A DNA stretch of 64,000 nucleotides from Cystobacterineae bacterium (GTDB lineage: Bacteria; Myxococcota; Myxococcia; Myxococcales; Myxococcaceae), in the NCBI GenBank assembly GCA_009781495.1, contig WQYA01000005.1, positions 5,810-69,809 of the forward strand, in the 5' to 3' direction. The notes under the pieces are model-generated. The model worked only from the letters and a program-made list of their open reading frames with translations, was not told the origin of the DNA and searched no databases. The translations under genes and the position numbers were made by a program. Shown here in pieces: positions 34,536-44,600 of the stretch. How positions within the stretch are numbered: position 1 is the stretch's first letter; each line of letters opens with the position of its first letter.

Positions 34536-35399
34536 GTGAATGCCGTGAATACCCTAAAAAACATTGTACTCGTTGCTAAACCTGGCCAAGCGCAAGCCCT
34601 TGAATGGGCCATTTCCTTGAAGGCCCAGTTTCCGCAGCAAACTTTTTGGGCAGCCTTCAGTTTAGCAGAGGAGTTGGGTTGGGAGGTATTAGCGGAGGAG
34701 GAGCTTAGGCAGAAGGCGGATTTGGTATTGGTATTAGGCGGGGACGGGACATTTATTCGGGCGGCGCGTTTATTAGCGGGGCGTCAGGTACCCATTCTCG
34801 GCATGAATTTAGGCTCTCTTGGTTTTCTAACGGAGACGGCCAAGGAGGAGGTGGTGGGGGCTTTGGAGAAGTTTTTGGCGGGCCAAGCGCAGGTTGACTC
34901 GCGCATGAAGTTGGTGTGTAGGCTGTTTCGCGAGGGGGAGCCCATTTTTACGGATGAGGCGTTGAACGATGTGGTGGTGAACAAAGGTGTCCTGGCGAGG
35001 ATGGCAGATCACGAAGCGTGGATAGACGGGGAGCTGATAGCCGTCTACAAGTCCGACGGCATTATTTGCTCCACGCCGACGGGCTCCACGGCCTATTGTT
35101 TGGCGGCGGGGGGGCCGATTGTCCACCCTGCCACAGACTGCCTGATTTTGACGCCGATTTGCCCCCATGCACTTACGCAGCGCCCCATAGTTGTCCCCTC
35201 TAACCAGAAAATACGAATTGTACTCAAGCGTGAGGTGAGCGACGTATTTTTAACCATAGACGGGACGGGGGGAATTCCGTTGAAGAGTGGGGACTGGCTA
35301 GAGATACAGAAAGCGGAGAACCGGGTTTTTCTCATACGCAGTCCCTCCCTGAGTCATTTTGGCGTATTGCGCAAAAAGCTGCATTGGGGGGAGAGGTGA
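34536..35399 (+). CDS. nadK: NAD kinase
   Basis: LVLVLGGDGTFIRAAR, GMNLGSLGFLT, NDVVVNKG and STPTGSTAY. Confidence 0.85.
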   Translation: MNAVNTLKNIVLVAKPGQAQALEWAISLKAQFPQQTFWAAFSLAEELGWEVLAEEELRQKADLVLVLGGDGTFIRAARLLAGRQVPILGMNLGSLGFLTETAKEEVVGALEKFLAGQAQVDSRMKLVCRLFREGEPIFTDEALNDVVVNKGVLARMADHEAWIDGELIAVYKSDGIICSTPTGSTAYCLAAGGPIVHPATDCLILTPICPHALTQRPIVVPSNQKIRIVLKREVSDVFLTIDGTGGIPLKSGDWLEIQKAENRVFLIRSPSLSHFGVLRKKLHWGER

Positions 35400-35466
35400 G
35401 GGGGGAGGAAACTTCTGGCTGTTGGGCGTTGAAGTTGTTAGGAGAAAGGTTTGTCCGCGCGCTTCC

Positions 35467-38400
35467 ATGAGAATACCGAACCCAGACGATGGCAGTTGGC
35501 TCAAACCCCTCAAAGCCGAGGTACAACCCACCGTTTTCCAGAAGGGCCGCACCTATGCGGAGACGCGTCGGGTTTTGCTCAGCGCTGTTGAAGACACGTG
35601 CATTATAGGCCAGGTGTCTGGCTCCCAGGGGCAGCGCTATGAGGTGCAGGTTGGGCCCAACTCCAGCGGCATAGACTCCAAGTGCAACTGTGCGGGCTGG
35701 GAGAAAAAGGGCCCCCACTGCAAGCACGTCGTAGGGCTTGCCCTTGTCTACCTTGCGAAGTTGCGTGCGAACCAAAACCAGTCCAAGGCGGACAGTGTTG
35801 CTTCGCAGCCGGTGCTGGTGCAGATGGAGCAGTGGTCCGGCTTTTCGGCTGTGCCTGAGTTTGAGTTTTTCTATAGGCTGAATGTTTCTTCGGTGAAGGG
35901 GCAAACTCACCGTTGGACGGTGGACATACGTCATTTGGATGCGCCCGGGAAAGGGGGGGTACATGTGGCCAGGCAACTGGAGGCGAGGCTGCCCATTTCT
36001 CCTGTGGATGAGAAAATATTTCAAGAGTTGGTGAAACGCGAAACGCGGTTTGACGGCCGTGTTTTTTTGAGTGACGAAGAGATGGCCGGTTTGTTTCCCT
36101 TGCTGAAGGAGCGGCGCGTTATTTACCGAGGGACGCCGCTGATTTTTTCTGGGGCGCCTTCCAAGCTTCTGCTGTGTTTGACGCAAAAGGAAGACGGGCT
36201 TGTTGCAGAGTTTAGGCTGGTGCATGAAGGTGGGGAGACGACGGGACTCAAGGACGTGCTTCTTGTTTCGGGCCTACAAAGTTGGGTTTTGTGTGGGCAG
36301 ACTTTGCACCGATTGGAGCCGGAGTTTCCTTTGCGGCTTTTGCGCAAGTGGTTTGCGGAGCCTTCCCTCTCTTTTGCGCTGTCTCATTTGGACAGCTTGC
36401 TTTCCTATCTCTCTTCGGTATTGCCCCGCTACCATTTGGGGTTTCGCGCAGAAGGGTTAAAGGTTGAAGAAGGGCTTAAACCTTTTTTTATCATAACCTT
36501 AGAAGGGAGCATAGAGCAGGTACGCGCCAAGCTGGTTGCCAAATATGGCGAGAGAGTGCTGGTGCCCGTAGCGCCTGTTTCGACGGAGGTTGGCTATGTG
36601 TTGCAAGAGCATGCGGGGCAGCGTTGGTTGGTGCTTCGCTCAAGCAACCAGGAGCGGGAAGCCGTGGCGCAGTTGCTTTCGGCGGGGTTTAATTTTAATT
36701 CAGCGAGCCAATTTTTTGAGTTAACGGGGGATGCGGCCATAGAGTTTTGGTCTTCAGGGAAGACAGGTTTCCCCCCCGAATGGGAGGTATTGCTCGCCCA
36801 AAAGCCCCAAGTCCGCGTACGTTCTTTTTTGAAGCCTAAAATTCACATAGGGATGGCCAATTTTGACTGGTTTGAGTTGAAGGCGGAGTTTTTGGCTGAT
36901 GACCAAAAAGCGGAGCCGTCCATATTGCGGACGTGGTTGGCCTCCAACCGGCGCTACATTCCCCTGGTAGATGGGAGTTTTGCGCAGCTAAATGCAGACG
37001 AGTTAGGGAAGGTGGTGGAGGCATTGGACGAGGCGGGGCTTTCTTTGGAGCAACCCAAGGCGATGATAGCTTTGTCGCAAGCGCCCACTTTGGATTTAAT
37101 TTCAAGCATGGCCAGTGTAGAGATGGATTTGGGGGCGAAGAAGGCCATTGACAGGTTGAGAGAAATAGACGCCATTCCCACCATTTCCTCTCCCGAAGGG
37201 TTGGTGGCTGTGTTGCGTGGCTACCAGACAGACGGGCTCTCTTGGCTTTGGTTTTTATACCAAATGAAGTTGTCTGGAGTCCTTGCGGACGACATGGGTT
37301 TGGGCAAGACAGTCCAAGCTTTGGCCTTGTTGTTGAAGGTGAAGCAGGAGGAGGGGGCCAAGCCTTCTTTGGTGGTTGCGCCCACCAGTGTTTTGGCCAA
37401 CTGGGAGCGTGAGATTGAGCGATTTTCTCCTTCGCTGAGTTGCCTTATTTGGCATGGACAGGACAGAAAAGAGCAACGCTCCATTCTTGAATCCGTCGAT
37501 GTGGTGTTGACTTCCTATGCGTTGATTCGCCGCGACGTGGAAGAGCTCCGAAAAATTCCATTTCGCTTTGTCATTTTGGATGAGGCCCAAAACATTAAGA
37601 ATGCCGATTCAGCAACTGCCCAGGCATGCAAGCTGATGAAAGCCGATGCCCGCGTTGCTTTGACGGGAACGCCTCTGGAAAACCGTTTGAAGGAGTTGTG
37701 GAGCATTTTTGATTTTTTGATGCCGCATTTTTTGGGCAACGAAGAGTCGTTTTTGAACCGTTTTGAGCGGCCCATTGCAATGCAGAACGACAGAAACATT
37801 GCAGAGCATTTGAAGCAACGCATTCGTCCTTTTGTCATGCGTCGTCTCAAGACGGAGGTGGCCAAGGACTTGCCTGCGAAGACAGAAACCATTGCGTGGT
37901 GTGAGATGGAGACAGAGCAGGCGGCCCTCTACCGCGAAGTGTTGGAGGAGAGCCGCCGAAGGGTTTTTGAAACCATAGAGAAGCAGGGTTTTGGCCGCTC
38001 GCGTGTTTCCATTTTGGCTGCACTCATGCGGCTTCGCCAGGTGTGTTGCGATCCGCGCTTGTTGAAGATTCCTGGAATGACGCGTTTTCCGCCCTCTGCC
38101 AAATTTGAGCGGTTTTGGCAGTTGGTGGACGAGTTGGTGCATGAGGGCCACCGCGCTTTGGTGTTTAGCCAGTTTACGGAGATGTTACAGCTTTTGGTAC
38201 GGGGTGTAGAGGAGAAGGAATATGGCTACCTCTATTTAGACGGGAGAACCAAGGACAGGATGGCCCGTGTAGATGCGTTTAATGAGCCCAGTGGGCCCCC
38301 TTTGTTTTTCATCAGCCTCAAGGCAGGGGGCTCCGGCCTCAACTTGACGGCGGCGGACTATGTCATCCACTATGATCCATGGTGGAACCCCGCCGTAGAG

Positions 38401-38610
38401 GACCAAGCCACGGACCGAGCCCACCGCATAGGGCAGACGCGAACCGTATTCAGCTACAAACTCATTACCAAGGGGACGGTTGAGGAGAAGATTCTCGCGT
38501 TGCAGCAGCGCAAGAGGGAGCTTGTCCTGGGCATATTGGGGGGTGAGGCGGAGATGGGCAAGAGTTTTACGGAGCAGGATGTGGAGGATTTGTTTAGAGG
38601 CGACCTCTGA
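35467..38610 (+). CDS. SWIM zinc-finger / SNF2-family helicase (YwqA-like architecture)
   Basis: SWIM motif CNCAGWEKKGPHCKHVV near the N-terminus, a long middle region, then SNF2_N (LADDMGLGKTVQ, DEAQNIKN) and Helicase_C (WWNPAVEDQATDRAHRIGQ). ATG 35467 is preferred because the track start at 35359 overlaps nadK. Confidence 0.85.
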   Translation: MRIPNPDDGSWLKPLKAEVQPTVFQKGRTYAETRRVLLSAVEDTCIIGQVSGSQGQRYEVQVGPNSSGIDSKCNCAGWEKKGPHCKHVVGLALVYLAKLRANQNQSKADSVASQPVLVQMEQWSGFSAVPEFEFFYRLNVSSVKGQTHRWTVDIRHLDAPGKGGVHVARQLEARLPISPVDEKIFQELVKRETRFDGRVFLSDEEMAGLFPLLKERRVIYRGTPLIFSGAPSKLLLCLTQKEDGLVAEFRLVHEGGETTGLKDVLLVSGLQSWVLCGQTLHRLEPEFPLRLLRKWFAEPSLSFALSHLDSLLSYLSSVLPRYHLGFRAEGLKVEEGLKPFFIITLEGSIEQVRAKLVAKYGERVLVPVAPVSTEVGYVLQEHAGQRWLVLRSSNQEREAVAQLLSAGFNFNSASQFFELTGDAAIEFWSSGKTGFPPEWEVLLAQKPQVRVRSFLKPKIHIGMANFDWFELKAEFLADDQKAEPSILRTWLASNRRYIPLVDGSFAQLNADELGKVVEALDEAGLSLEQPKAMIALSQAPTLDLISSMASVEMDLGAKKAIDRLREIDAIPTISSPEGLVAVLRGYQTDGLSWLWFLYQMKLSGVLADDMGLGKTVQALALLLKVKQEEGAKPSLVVAPTSVLANWEREIERFSPSLSCLIWHGQDRKEQRSILESVDVVLTSYALIRRDVEELRKIPFRFVILDEAQNIKNADSATAQACKLMKADARVALTGTPLENRLKELWSIFDFLMPHFLGNEESFLNRFERPIAMQNDRNIAEHLKQRIRPFVMRRLKTEVAKDLPAKTETIAWCEMETEQAALYREVLEESRRRVFETIEKQGFGRSRVSILAALMRLRQVCCDPRLLKIPGMTRFPPSAKFERFWQLVDELVHEGHRALVFSQFTEMLQLLVRGVEEKEYGYLYLDGRTKDRMARVDAFNEPSGPPLFFISLKAGGSGLNLTAADYVIHYDPWWNPAVEDQATDRAHRIGQTRTVFSYKLITKGTVEEKILALQQRKRELVLGILGGEAEMGKSFTEQDVEDLFRGDL

Positions 38611-38640
38611 GTCAGGCGGACTTATTTCAGGAGAGAGAGG

Positions 38641-40335
38641 ATGCTCTGTCTATTAAAGCTAAGCCAATTTATAGTAGCCAAGGAATTAGAGCTAAGTTTA
38701 GGGCCCGGCCTAACAGTACTGACAGGGGAGACGGGGGCAGGCAAGAGCATTATATTGGATGCGTTAAACGTACTGTGCGGGAGGAGGGCGGAGGCAGGTT
38801 GGATAAGGCAGGGAGCGAAGGAAGCGATAGTAGAAGGCCTATTCCAGTGTACGCCGGTATTAAAGCAGCGTCTTTTGGACTTAGGTTTTTCGGTGGAGGG
38901 GGGTGAGCTGTTGATACAGAGGAGCATTCACCGGGATGGGCGCGGCAGAATATACATTAACGGCGCGCTGTCCACCGTAGGCATGCTTTCCAAACTCATG
39001 CATGGGCTTGTAGACATTGCGGGGCAGCGGGAGTTTATGGACTTGTTGGAGCCCGCAGCGCAGCGTAAATTCATCGACGCGTTGGGAATGCTTCGCGAGG
39101 AGGGGGGGGCGTGGAGGGTGTTTCGCGAGGCCATGTTGGAGATGAAGCAACTGGATGTGGAGCAAAAAGCGTATGGGGGGACAGTAGCCGAGCTTGAAGC
39201 GCGGAAGTCTTTTTTAGAGTTTCAGCTTTCTGAGATTTCCAGCGTAGCGCCGAAGAGAGGGGAGGATGGGGTGTTGGAGGCGCAGAAGAAGAGGTTGCGT
39301 GGGGTAGAGAAGTTAAAATGGGCCATAGGGAATGCGGAGGGTTTGCTGTGTGGGGAGGGGGGCCTTTTAGCATTGTTAGGGAGGTTGCAAGCCCTTTTAG
39401 AGGAGGCGCGGAAGTTTGACGAGGTGGTGGTGGAGTGGAAGGCGATGGTGAAAGAAAGCGACAGCGTGTTGGGCGAGCTGGGGCATATGCTTTCGAAATA
39501 TGTTGAGAACATAGACGCCGACCCGCACCGTCTGGCGGAGGTTGAGGAGCGCCTGGACATTTTGCACCGTCTGTCCCGCAAATATGGCGGCAGTTTTGAA
39601 AACATTTTTGAGCGGGAGGAGGTGTTGCAGCGCGAATGGGAGGCGTTAGAGAAGCATGTTGCGCGTGCGGAGCAGTTGGCCCAGGAATATGGGCAGGCCC
39701 ATGCGAAGAGCATGCGGTTGGCAGAGGTTTTGTCCCTTGCGCGCCGAGGGGCGGCAGACAGGGTGGAGCAGGCCCTCAAGGAGGATTTGGCGCGGCTCAA
39801 CCTATCGGCGGCGCAATTTCATATTGAGTTAACGCCGACGGAGTTGGGTGAAGAGGGTGCGGACGACATAGAGTTTTTGTTTTCTGCACATGCGCAGGAG
39901 CCGGTGAAGGCTTTGTCGAAGGTGGCTTCAGGCGGGGAGCTGTCGAGGCTTGCCTTGGCATTAAGGGCGGCGCGTATGGGTTTTGACGAGTGTTTTTGTT
40001 GCGTATTTGACGAGGCGGATTCCGGGGTTGGTGGAAAAGAGGCCGATGCGGTGGGGCAGATGGTGTGGAAGATGGGGAAAAACAAGCAGGTTTTATGTGT
40101 AACGCACACGGCGCAAGTAGCGGCCTATGCGGACATACATTGGAAGGTAGAAAAGGAGGAGATAGGTGGGCATGGCATTACGAAGATTCGGTTACTAAGG
40201 ACTCATGGGGAGCGGACCCAAGAGATTGCGCGGATGATTTCAGGGACGAGCATAACGCCGGAGACTTTGAATGCAGCGAAGGCTTTGCTTCGCGAGGCGA
40301 AGAAACCAGCGGAGGAAACGCCGCATGTCAGCTAA
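38641..40335 (+). CDS. recN: DNA repair protein RecN
   Basis: N-terminal Walker A LTGETGAGKSI, a long coiled-coil region, and C-terminal SGGELSRLALAL plus FDEADSGVGG. Confidence 0.9.
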   Translation: MLCLLKLSQFIVAKELELSLGPGLTVLTGETGAGKSIILDALNVLCGRRAEAGWIRQGAKEAIVEGLFQCTPVLKQRLLDLGFSVEGGELLIQRSIHRDGRGRIYINGALSTVGMLSKLMHGLVDIAGQREFMDLLEPAAQRKFIDALGMLREEGGAWRVFREAMLEMKQLDVEQKAYGGTVAELEARKSFLEFQLSEISSVAPKRGEDGVLEAQKKRLRGVEKLKWAIGNAEGLLCGEGGLLALLGRLQALLEEARKFDEVVVEWKAMVKESDSVLGELGHMLSKYVENIDADPHRLAEVEERLDILHRLSRKYGGSFENIFEREEVLQREWEALEKHVARAEQLAQEYGQAHAKSMRLAEVLSLARRGAADRVEQALKEDLARLNLSAAQFHIELTPTELGEEGADDIEFLFSAHAQEPVKALSKVASGGELSRLALALRAARMGFDECFCCVFDEADSGVGGKEADAVGQMVWKMGKNKQVLCVTHTAQVAAYADIHWKVEKEEIGGHGITKIRLLRTHGERTQEIARMISGTSITPETLNAAKALLREAKKPAEETPHVS

Positions 40336-40442
40336 AATGATTCTCAACCATGGGCTTTTGGGATAATGAGTCTTATCGGTGATATTTTGAAGAAGCTTCT
40401 TTTTTTCTGGGTTAGACTGAGCTCTGCCGTGCCGGTGCGACT

Positions 40443-41204
40443 ATGAAGCTTATGTCAGTTGGACTCACAGATGTGGGTCGCAAGAGAAACCACAACGAAG
40501 ACAGTTTTGTATTGGACACAGACTTGCAGTTGTTTGTCGTGGCCGATGGGATGGGCGGGCATGCTGGCGGCGCCCGGGCCTCTGACTTGGCTGTGAAAGT
40601 GATTGACAAAGAAATGAGAAATCTCTGGAAGTTGTCGGAGTCTCCTTTTCAATGTCAGGCGACTTTGCAAGACTCGCCATTTTCTCAATATTTAAGAGAA
40701 GCTGTGGAGCAGGCTTGTGTGGCCATTTTCAGTGATGCACAGGAGGATCCGCAATATGCTGGGATGGGGACAACCGTCATCGCTTTGTTGCTCCACCAAG
40801 AGTATGCCTTGTTCGCACATGTGGGAGACAGTCGTGCCTATCTCATTCGTGGGAATGTGATTCAGCAAATCAGTGAAGATCATTCTTTGGTAAACGAGCA
40901 GGTGAAAGCGGGGATGATTACGCCGGAGGAGGCGAAGCGCTCCAACTACAGAAACATCATTACGCGTTCTGTGGGTTTTGAAGAAGAGGTTTTGGTAGAC
41001 ATTTTAGGGCTATCAACGGAGCCGGGAGATGTTTTTATTTTGTGTTCAGACGGCTTGGCCAATGCTGTCGAAGATGAGGAGATGAAGAAGATTGCGTTGA
41101 GCACTTTTCCTTTTGAAGAGGTACCGAAAAGGCTCATCGCTTTAGCGAATGAGAGGGGTGGAGAGGACAACATTACGGTTGTAATCGTCAAGAGGGTGAG
41201 CTAA
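40443..41204 (+). CDS. PP2C-family Ser/Thr protein phosphatase
   Basis: GLTDVGRKRNHNEDSF, VVADGMGGHAGG, GTT, LCSDGL and GGEDNITV. Confidence 0.85.
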   Translation: MKLMSVGLTDVGRKRNHNEDSFVLDTDLQLFVVADGMGGHAGGARASDLAVKVIDKEMRNLWKLSESPFQCQATLQDSPFSQYLREAVEQACVAIFSDAQEDPQYAGMGTTVIALLLHQEYALFAHVGDSRAYLIRGNVIQQISEDHSLVNEQVKAGMITPEEAKRSNYRNIITRSVGFEEEVLVDILGLSTEPGDVFILCSDGLANAVEDEEMKKIALSTFPFEEVPKRLIALANERGGEDNITVVIVKRVS

Positions 41205-41278
41205 AAAGAAAGAGAGGGCCAAGGGTGGCAGGAGAAAACGAGAGTGGACGGAGAGTGGTTTTTTGAGGTGAAGCGGTG

Positions 41279-42181
41279 ATGAACAAACAGGTTGCGAAGG
41301 TTGTTATTTCGGGATTGAAATTTCACGAGCGACACGAGCGACGACAAGGTTTGATGCGAACCTCTTGGCCTCTCTGGTTGGTTGGGGCTTTGGTTTTGGT
41401 GGGGGCTTTCTTTGTTTTTCAACAGACAGCTTTGCAAAAAGAGCAAGCCCAAGGCCAAGCCTTGCGAGCGCAATACATACAGCTTGAGTCCGAGATGTTG
41501 GTTGTGCGCAGGCAATTTGAGCAGGCGCAGAAGACGCTGGCTCGCGTAGATGCGTTGACACAGAAACTCAATGGCAATTTGTTGAATGAAGACAGCGACA
41601 GGCGTTTGGCCTTGGGTCCGACGGATTGGCCTGAGCGCAATGTTATTGACGTTTCTTCTGTGGCTTTTGGGCAGATAACGCCTTCTGAGTTGAAGGAGCA
41701 GCTGGAGGCATTCCAGGTGGCGGTGGAGTCGCGAGAGACGAGCCTGGAGCGTCTCTACAGCAATTGGCTGGAGCGGCGTCTTCGTTGGGCCTCAACGCCT
41801 TCCATTTGGCCTGTGAAGGGGTGGGTGACTTCGCGTTTTGGGGGCAGGACAGACCCTTTGACGGGGCGTGCTTCGACGCACATGGGGATGGACATAGCGG
41901 GGCCTCACGGGAAGGACATTGTTTCGACGGCAGACGGTACGGTGGTATTTGCAAGTGTAGAAGGCGCCTATGGGAAGGTGATAGTGATAGATCACGGCTA
42001 TGGGATGAAGTCTCGCTATGCGCATTTGGCCTCCATTGTGGTAGGGCCAGGGGATGCGGTCAAGCGAGGGCAAGTGATAGGGCAGCTGGGGAACACAGGC
42101 CGCTCGACAGGCTCCCATTTGCACTATGAGATACGCCTGAACGGCGTCCCTCAAAACCCCCGCAACTACATTTTGGACTAG
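41279..42181 (+). CDS. M23 family metallopeptidase with N-terminal TM and coiled coil
   Basis: HMGMDIA, the DHGYG....YAHL motif and the GSHLHYEIR motif. The N-terminal half is coiled-coil-like (EnvC-type architecture). Confidence 0.8.
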   Translation: MNKQVAKVVISGLKFHERHERRQGLMRTSWPLWLVGALVLVGAFFVFQQTALQKEQAQGQALRAQYIQLESEMLVVRRQFEQAQKTLARVDALTQKLNGNLLNEDSDRRLALGPTDWPERNVIDVSSVAFGQITPSELKEQLEAFQVAVESRETSLERLYSNWLERRLRWASTPSIWPVKGWVTSRFGGRTDPLTGRASTHMGMDIAGPHGKDIVSTADGTVVFASVEGAYGKVIVIDHGYGMKSRYAHLASIVVGPGDAVKRGQVIGQLGNTGRSTGSHLHYEIRLNGVPQNPRNYILD

Positions 42182-42196
42182 GGTAGGGAGCCCCCT

Positions 42197-42637
42197 ATGA
42201 AAATGGTGGATGTGGGGGCCAAAGAGAAGACAGAGCGCGTTGCTATAGCGGAGTGTTGGTTGCGCATGTCCTCGGAAGCTTTGTCCAAAGTCCAAGCAAA
42301 CCGCGTGGAGAAAGGCGATGTTGTGGCGGCGGCGAAATTGGCCGCCATTATGGCTGCCAAACGGACGCCCGACATTTTGCCGCTGTGTCACCCCCTGGGG
42401 TTGACTTCGGTTGAGTTGCATGTGGAAGCCGGAGTTGGCGGCATGCATTTTGTTTCGACGGTGAAGACGTGTGAGCGTACGGGGGTAGAAATGGAGGCGT
42501 TGACGGCGGTTTCCGTTGCCGCGTTGACGGCCTGGGACATGCTGAAGTCCACGGACAAGGGCATGTGCATAGAGGGGCTGCGCCTGTTGGAGAAAAGCGG
42601 CGGCCGCTCCGGCCATTGGAAAAACCCCGCTGTCTAG
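42197..42637 (+). CDS. moaC: cyclic pyranopterin monophosphate synthase accessory protein MoaC
   Basis: KGDVVAAAKLAAIMAAKRTPDILPLCHPL and TGVEMEALTAVSVAALT..DM.K. Confidence 0.85.
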   Translation: MKMVDVGAKEKTERVAIAECWLRMSSEALSKVQANRVEKGDVVAAAKLAAIMAAKRTPDILPLCHPLGLTSVELHVEAGVGGMHFVSTVKTCERTGVEMEALTAVSVAALTAWDMLKSTDKGMCIEGLRLLEKSGGRSGHWKNPAV

Positions 42638-43242
42638 GTGGGAAAAAGTCCCGACAGTTTGCCCAGGTGCAGGGTGGCGATGGCCAGGGCATTTTGAATG
42701 CAGCCGTCTTGGACGAGGCGTGAAAGCTCTGAGACGGGATAAGTTTCGAGCATGATTTCTTCGAGAGGATCCGGCTTCCCGTTGTGTATTTGTTGGCAGT
42801 CCAAAGCGAGGTAGCAGTGTAGGTGGTTATTTTGGACGGCGGGGTTAGGGTGGATTTTTCCCAAAGCCAACATGCGTCCTGCTTTGTGGCCGGTTTCTTC
42901 GAGCAACTCTCGGTGTGCGGCCTCTTCGGGTGTTTCGCCGGCGTCTATGGTACCCCCTGGGACTTCAAGGGTGGGGGCCCAAACGCCGAAGCGGAATTGG
43001 CGTACCAACAAGCAAAGGCCCTCCGGCCTGAAGGCCAAGACGTTCACCCATTCCGGCGCCTCAATGCTGGTAACCGTCATATGTGTTGGCGGCGAAGAAG
43101 GAGAAAAGTCCAGTGGCTGGGTTTGTACCTCTTGGCGTCGCAGGATGAAGACTCCCATGCGAAATGAAGTGGCTTCTCCAATGCGTTGCCATGTCCTGCG
43201 TAGCAGAGTTGGCCGGGGTGGGGGTATGGGGTATTCATTCAC
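42634..43242 (-). CDS. NUDIX hydrolase
   Basis: Nudix box GGTIDAGETPEEAAHRELLEETG. Its 3' end overlaps the moaC 3' end by 4 nt. Confidence 0.75.
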   Translation of the reverse strand: MNEYPIPPPRPTLLRRTWQRIGEATSFRMGVFILRRQEVQTQPLDFSPSSPPTHMTVTSIEAPEWVNVLAFRPEGLCLLVRQFRFGVWAPTLEVPGGTIDAGETPEEAAHRELLEETGHKAGRMLALGKIHPNPAVQNNHLHCYLALDCQQIHNGKPDPLEEIMLETYPVSELSRLVQDGCIQNALAIATLHLGKLSGLFPT

Positions 43243-43513
43243 AGCTAGGGGAGTTTGCCAGAGAAGGCGGGCAAAGGGGTGGTTTTTTTGCCTTGCAGGC
43301 GGCTTTATTGGAAAGCGATTCTTTTTCCCCCCCCGAATGGGCGAAATAAATGTTTTATCCCCACCCTAGAGTCCTGAGCTTTCAACAACTACCCCCCCCG
43401 GCGCCCTACCCCTCCACGGAGGGGAATTTTAAAACAACCAGCCCTGTAGGCCTTCGAAGAGCCCATTTTAACCAACACCCCTATGGAAATTTAAAGAAGC
43501 CAGGCTGCAGGAG

Positions 43514-43557
43514 AAAAAACAAAAAAACGCCCGGGAAAATTCCTGGGCGCTTTTTTT
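43514..43557 (-). terminator. rho-independent terminator (potentially bidirectional) downstream of the 43575-44288 gene
   Basis: Stem CGCCCGGG / CCTGGGCG (one bulge) flanked by A-rich sequence on one side and T7 on the other. It lies 18 nt past the minus-strand stop codon. Confidence 0.6.
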
Positions 43558-43574
43558 AGAGGACTTGTTGGCTG

Positions 43575-44288
43575 TTATTGGCAGTTGTTGTTGCCTTGTT
43601 GGTCATCGCTGCATGGAAGGCAGATGCCCGCTTCGCAATAATGGTTTCTGCCGCAATCTCGACTTGTTCTGCACTCAGGCTCAGGCTCAGGCTCAGGATC
43701 GGGCTCAGGATCAGGATCAGTTGTTGATGAAAAGCAGGTGCCGTCTTCGCAAAACTCTGTTGCCTCGCAGGCGTTGCCGCACGAATCAACGCATTCGTCC
43801 GCTTCCAGATCATAGTCCCAGCCTTCATCACAGGTGTTTTCCGGAATGCATGTACTCGTTTCCGCTTCGCAAACCCAGCCTTCAGAGCAGGTGATTTCGC
43901 ACGGCTCAGGCTCGGCGCCTATGACGGTTGGGCCGACAATATAAACCATGTTAATGTTGTGATTGCCCTTGGCAACTTCATAGATGCCGGGGCCGTCAAT
44001 GTTGGCGATGGTATATTCACCGCTGCTTTGGATGAGCAAACTGAAGCTATAGAAACTCCCATTTGCCAGAGGCGCTACCGTCAAAACGCAGTCGTCTTTT
44101 TGCTTGGTGTTCCACTCGAAAACAATCCCCATTTCCGCAGCGGCATTGCTGTGCGCGTTGCTTGGAATTTTGATGACGTCGGCTTGTTGAGTGAGCGCCT
44201 GAGCTTCTTTTTTGGGAACAGCTTCTGTGTCCAGTGCAAACGCAACTCCCGCAAGGAGAGTTCCTAAAATCAACAAATATTTTTTCAT
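43575..44288 (-). CDS. secreted cysteine-rich protein with (D/E)P repeat
   Basis: Signal peptide MKKYLLILGTLLAGVAFA, a ~110-aa globular part, then 17 Cys in EGF-like/myxobacterial Cys-repeat-like spacing around DPDPEPDPEPEPEPE. ATG 44288 lies 6-7 nt after AGGGGA; the track start is 44294. Confidence 0.55.
   Translation of the reverse strand: MKKYLLILGTLLAGVAFALDTEAVPKKEAQALTQQADVIKIPSNAHSNAAAEMGIVFEWNTKQKDDCVLTVAPLANGSFYSFSLLIQSSGEYTIANIDGPGIYEVAKGNHNINMVYIVGPTVIGAEPEPCEITCSEGWVCEAETSTCIPENTCDEGWDYDLEADECVDSCGNACEATEFCEDGTCFSSTTDPDPEPDPEPEPEPECRTSRDCGRNHYCEAGICLPCSDDQQGNNNCQ
43674..43720 (-). repeat. in-frame hexanucleotide tandem repeat (CTCAGG/ATCAGG units on the + strand)
   Basis: Four perfect CTCAGG units followed by four degenerate units, read directly. 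They encode DPDPEPDPEPEPEPE on the minus strand. Confidence 0.9.
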
Positions 44289-44600
44289 ATGCATTCCCCT
44301 GCAAACTGGAGTTCCCTAAAACCCCTTGGCCAGTTTTAAGGAATCCGTTGCTTTATGAGTATACTTTCCTAGGCCCCTAAAACGGTTACCCCTACCCATT
44401 TCTATACTTTCTTTATTTAGATGATTATGCAATACGCAAATAAAGGAGTTTATGAAATAGACATATTTATTTAATAGATTAGTCTAGCAAATAATACACC
44501 CCCCCATTCCGGCCTTCGGCACCCCCCGCCTTCAGGACAAGTGTTTTCGCAGGGTTGTCGGCTCGTTGGGCGAGCGGCCAAGCTTCCTCAAAGCCTAAGG

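Noticed and set aside
43674-43720. Short tandem repeats as a CRISPR-like or satellite element. The same question applies to the CCG/CAA runs at 13640-13700 and the KPA-coding repeats at 19020-19200.
   Set aside because: All are in-frame low-complexity coding sequence with no spacer structure. No CRISPR array exists in the window.
44443-44460. Perfect AAGGAG followed 3 nt later by the minimal ORF ATG-AAA-TAG in the AT-rich spacer upstream of the secreted-protein gene.
   Set aside because: It lies on the opposite strand to all neighbouring genes. A single occurrence in AT-rich DNA is most likely chance.
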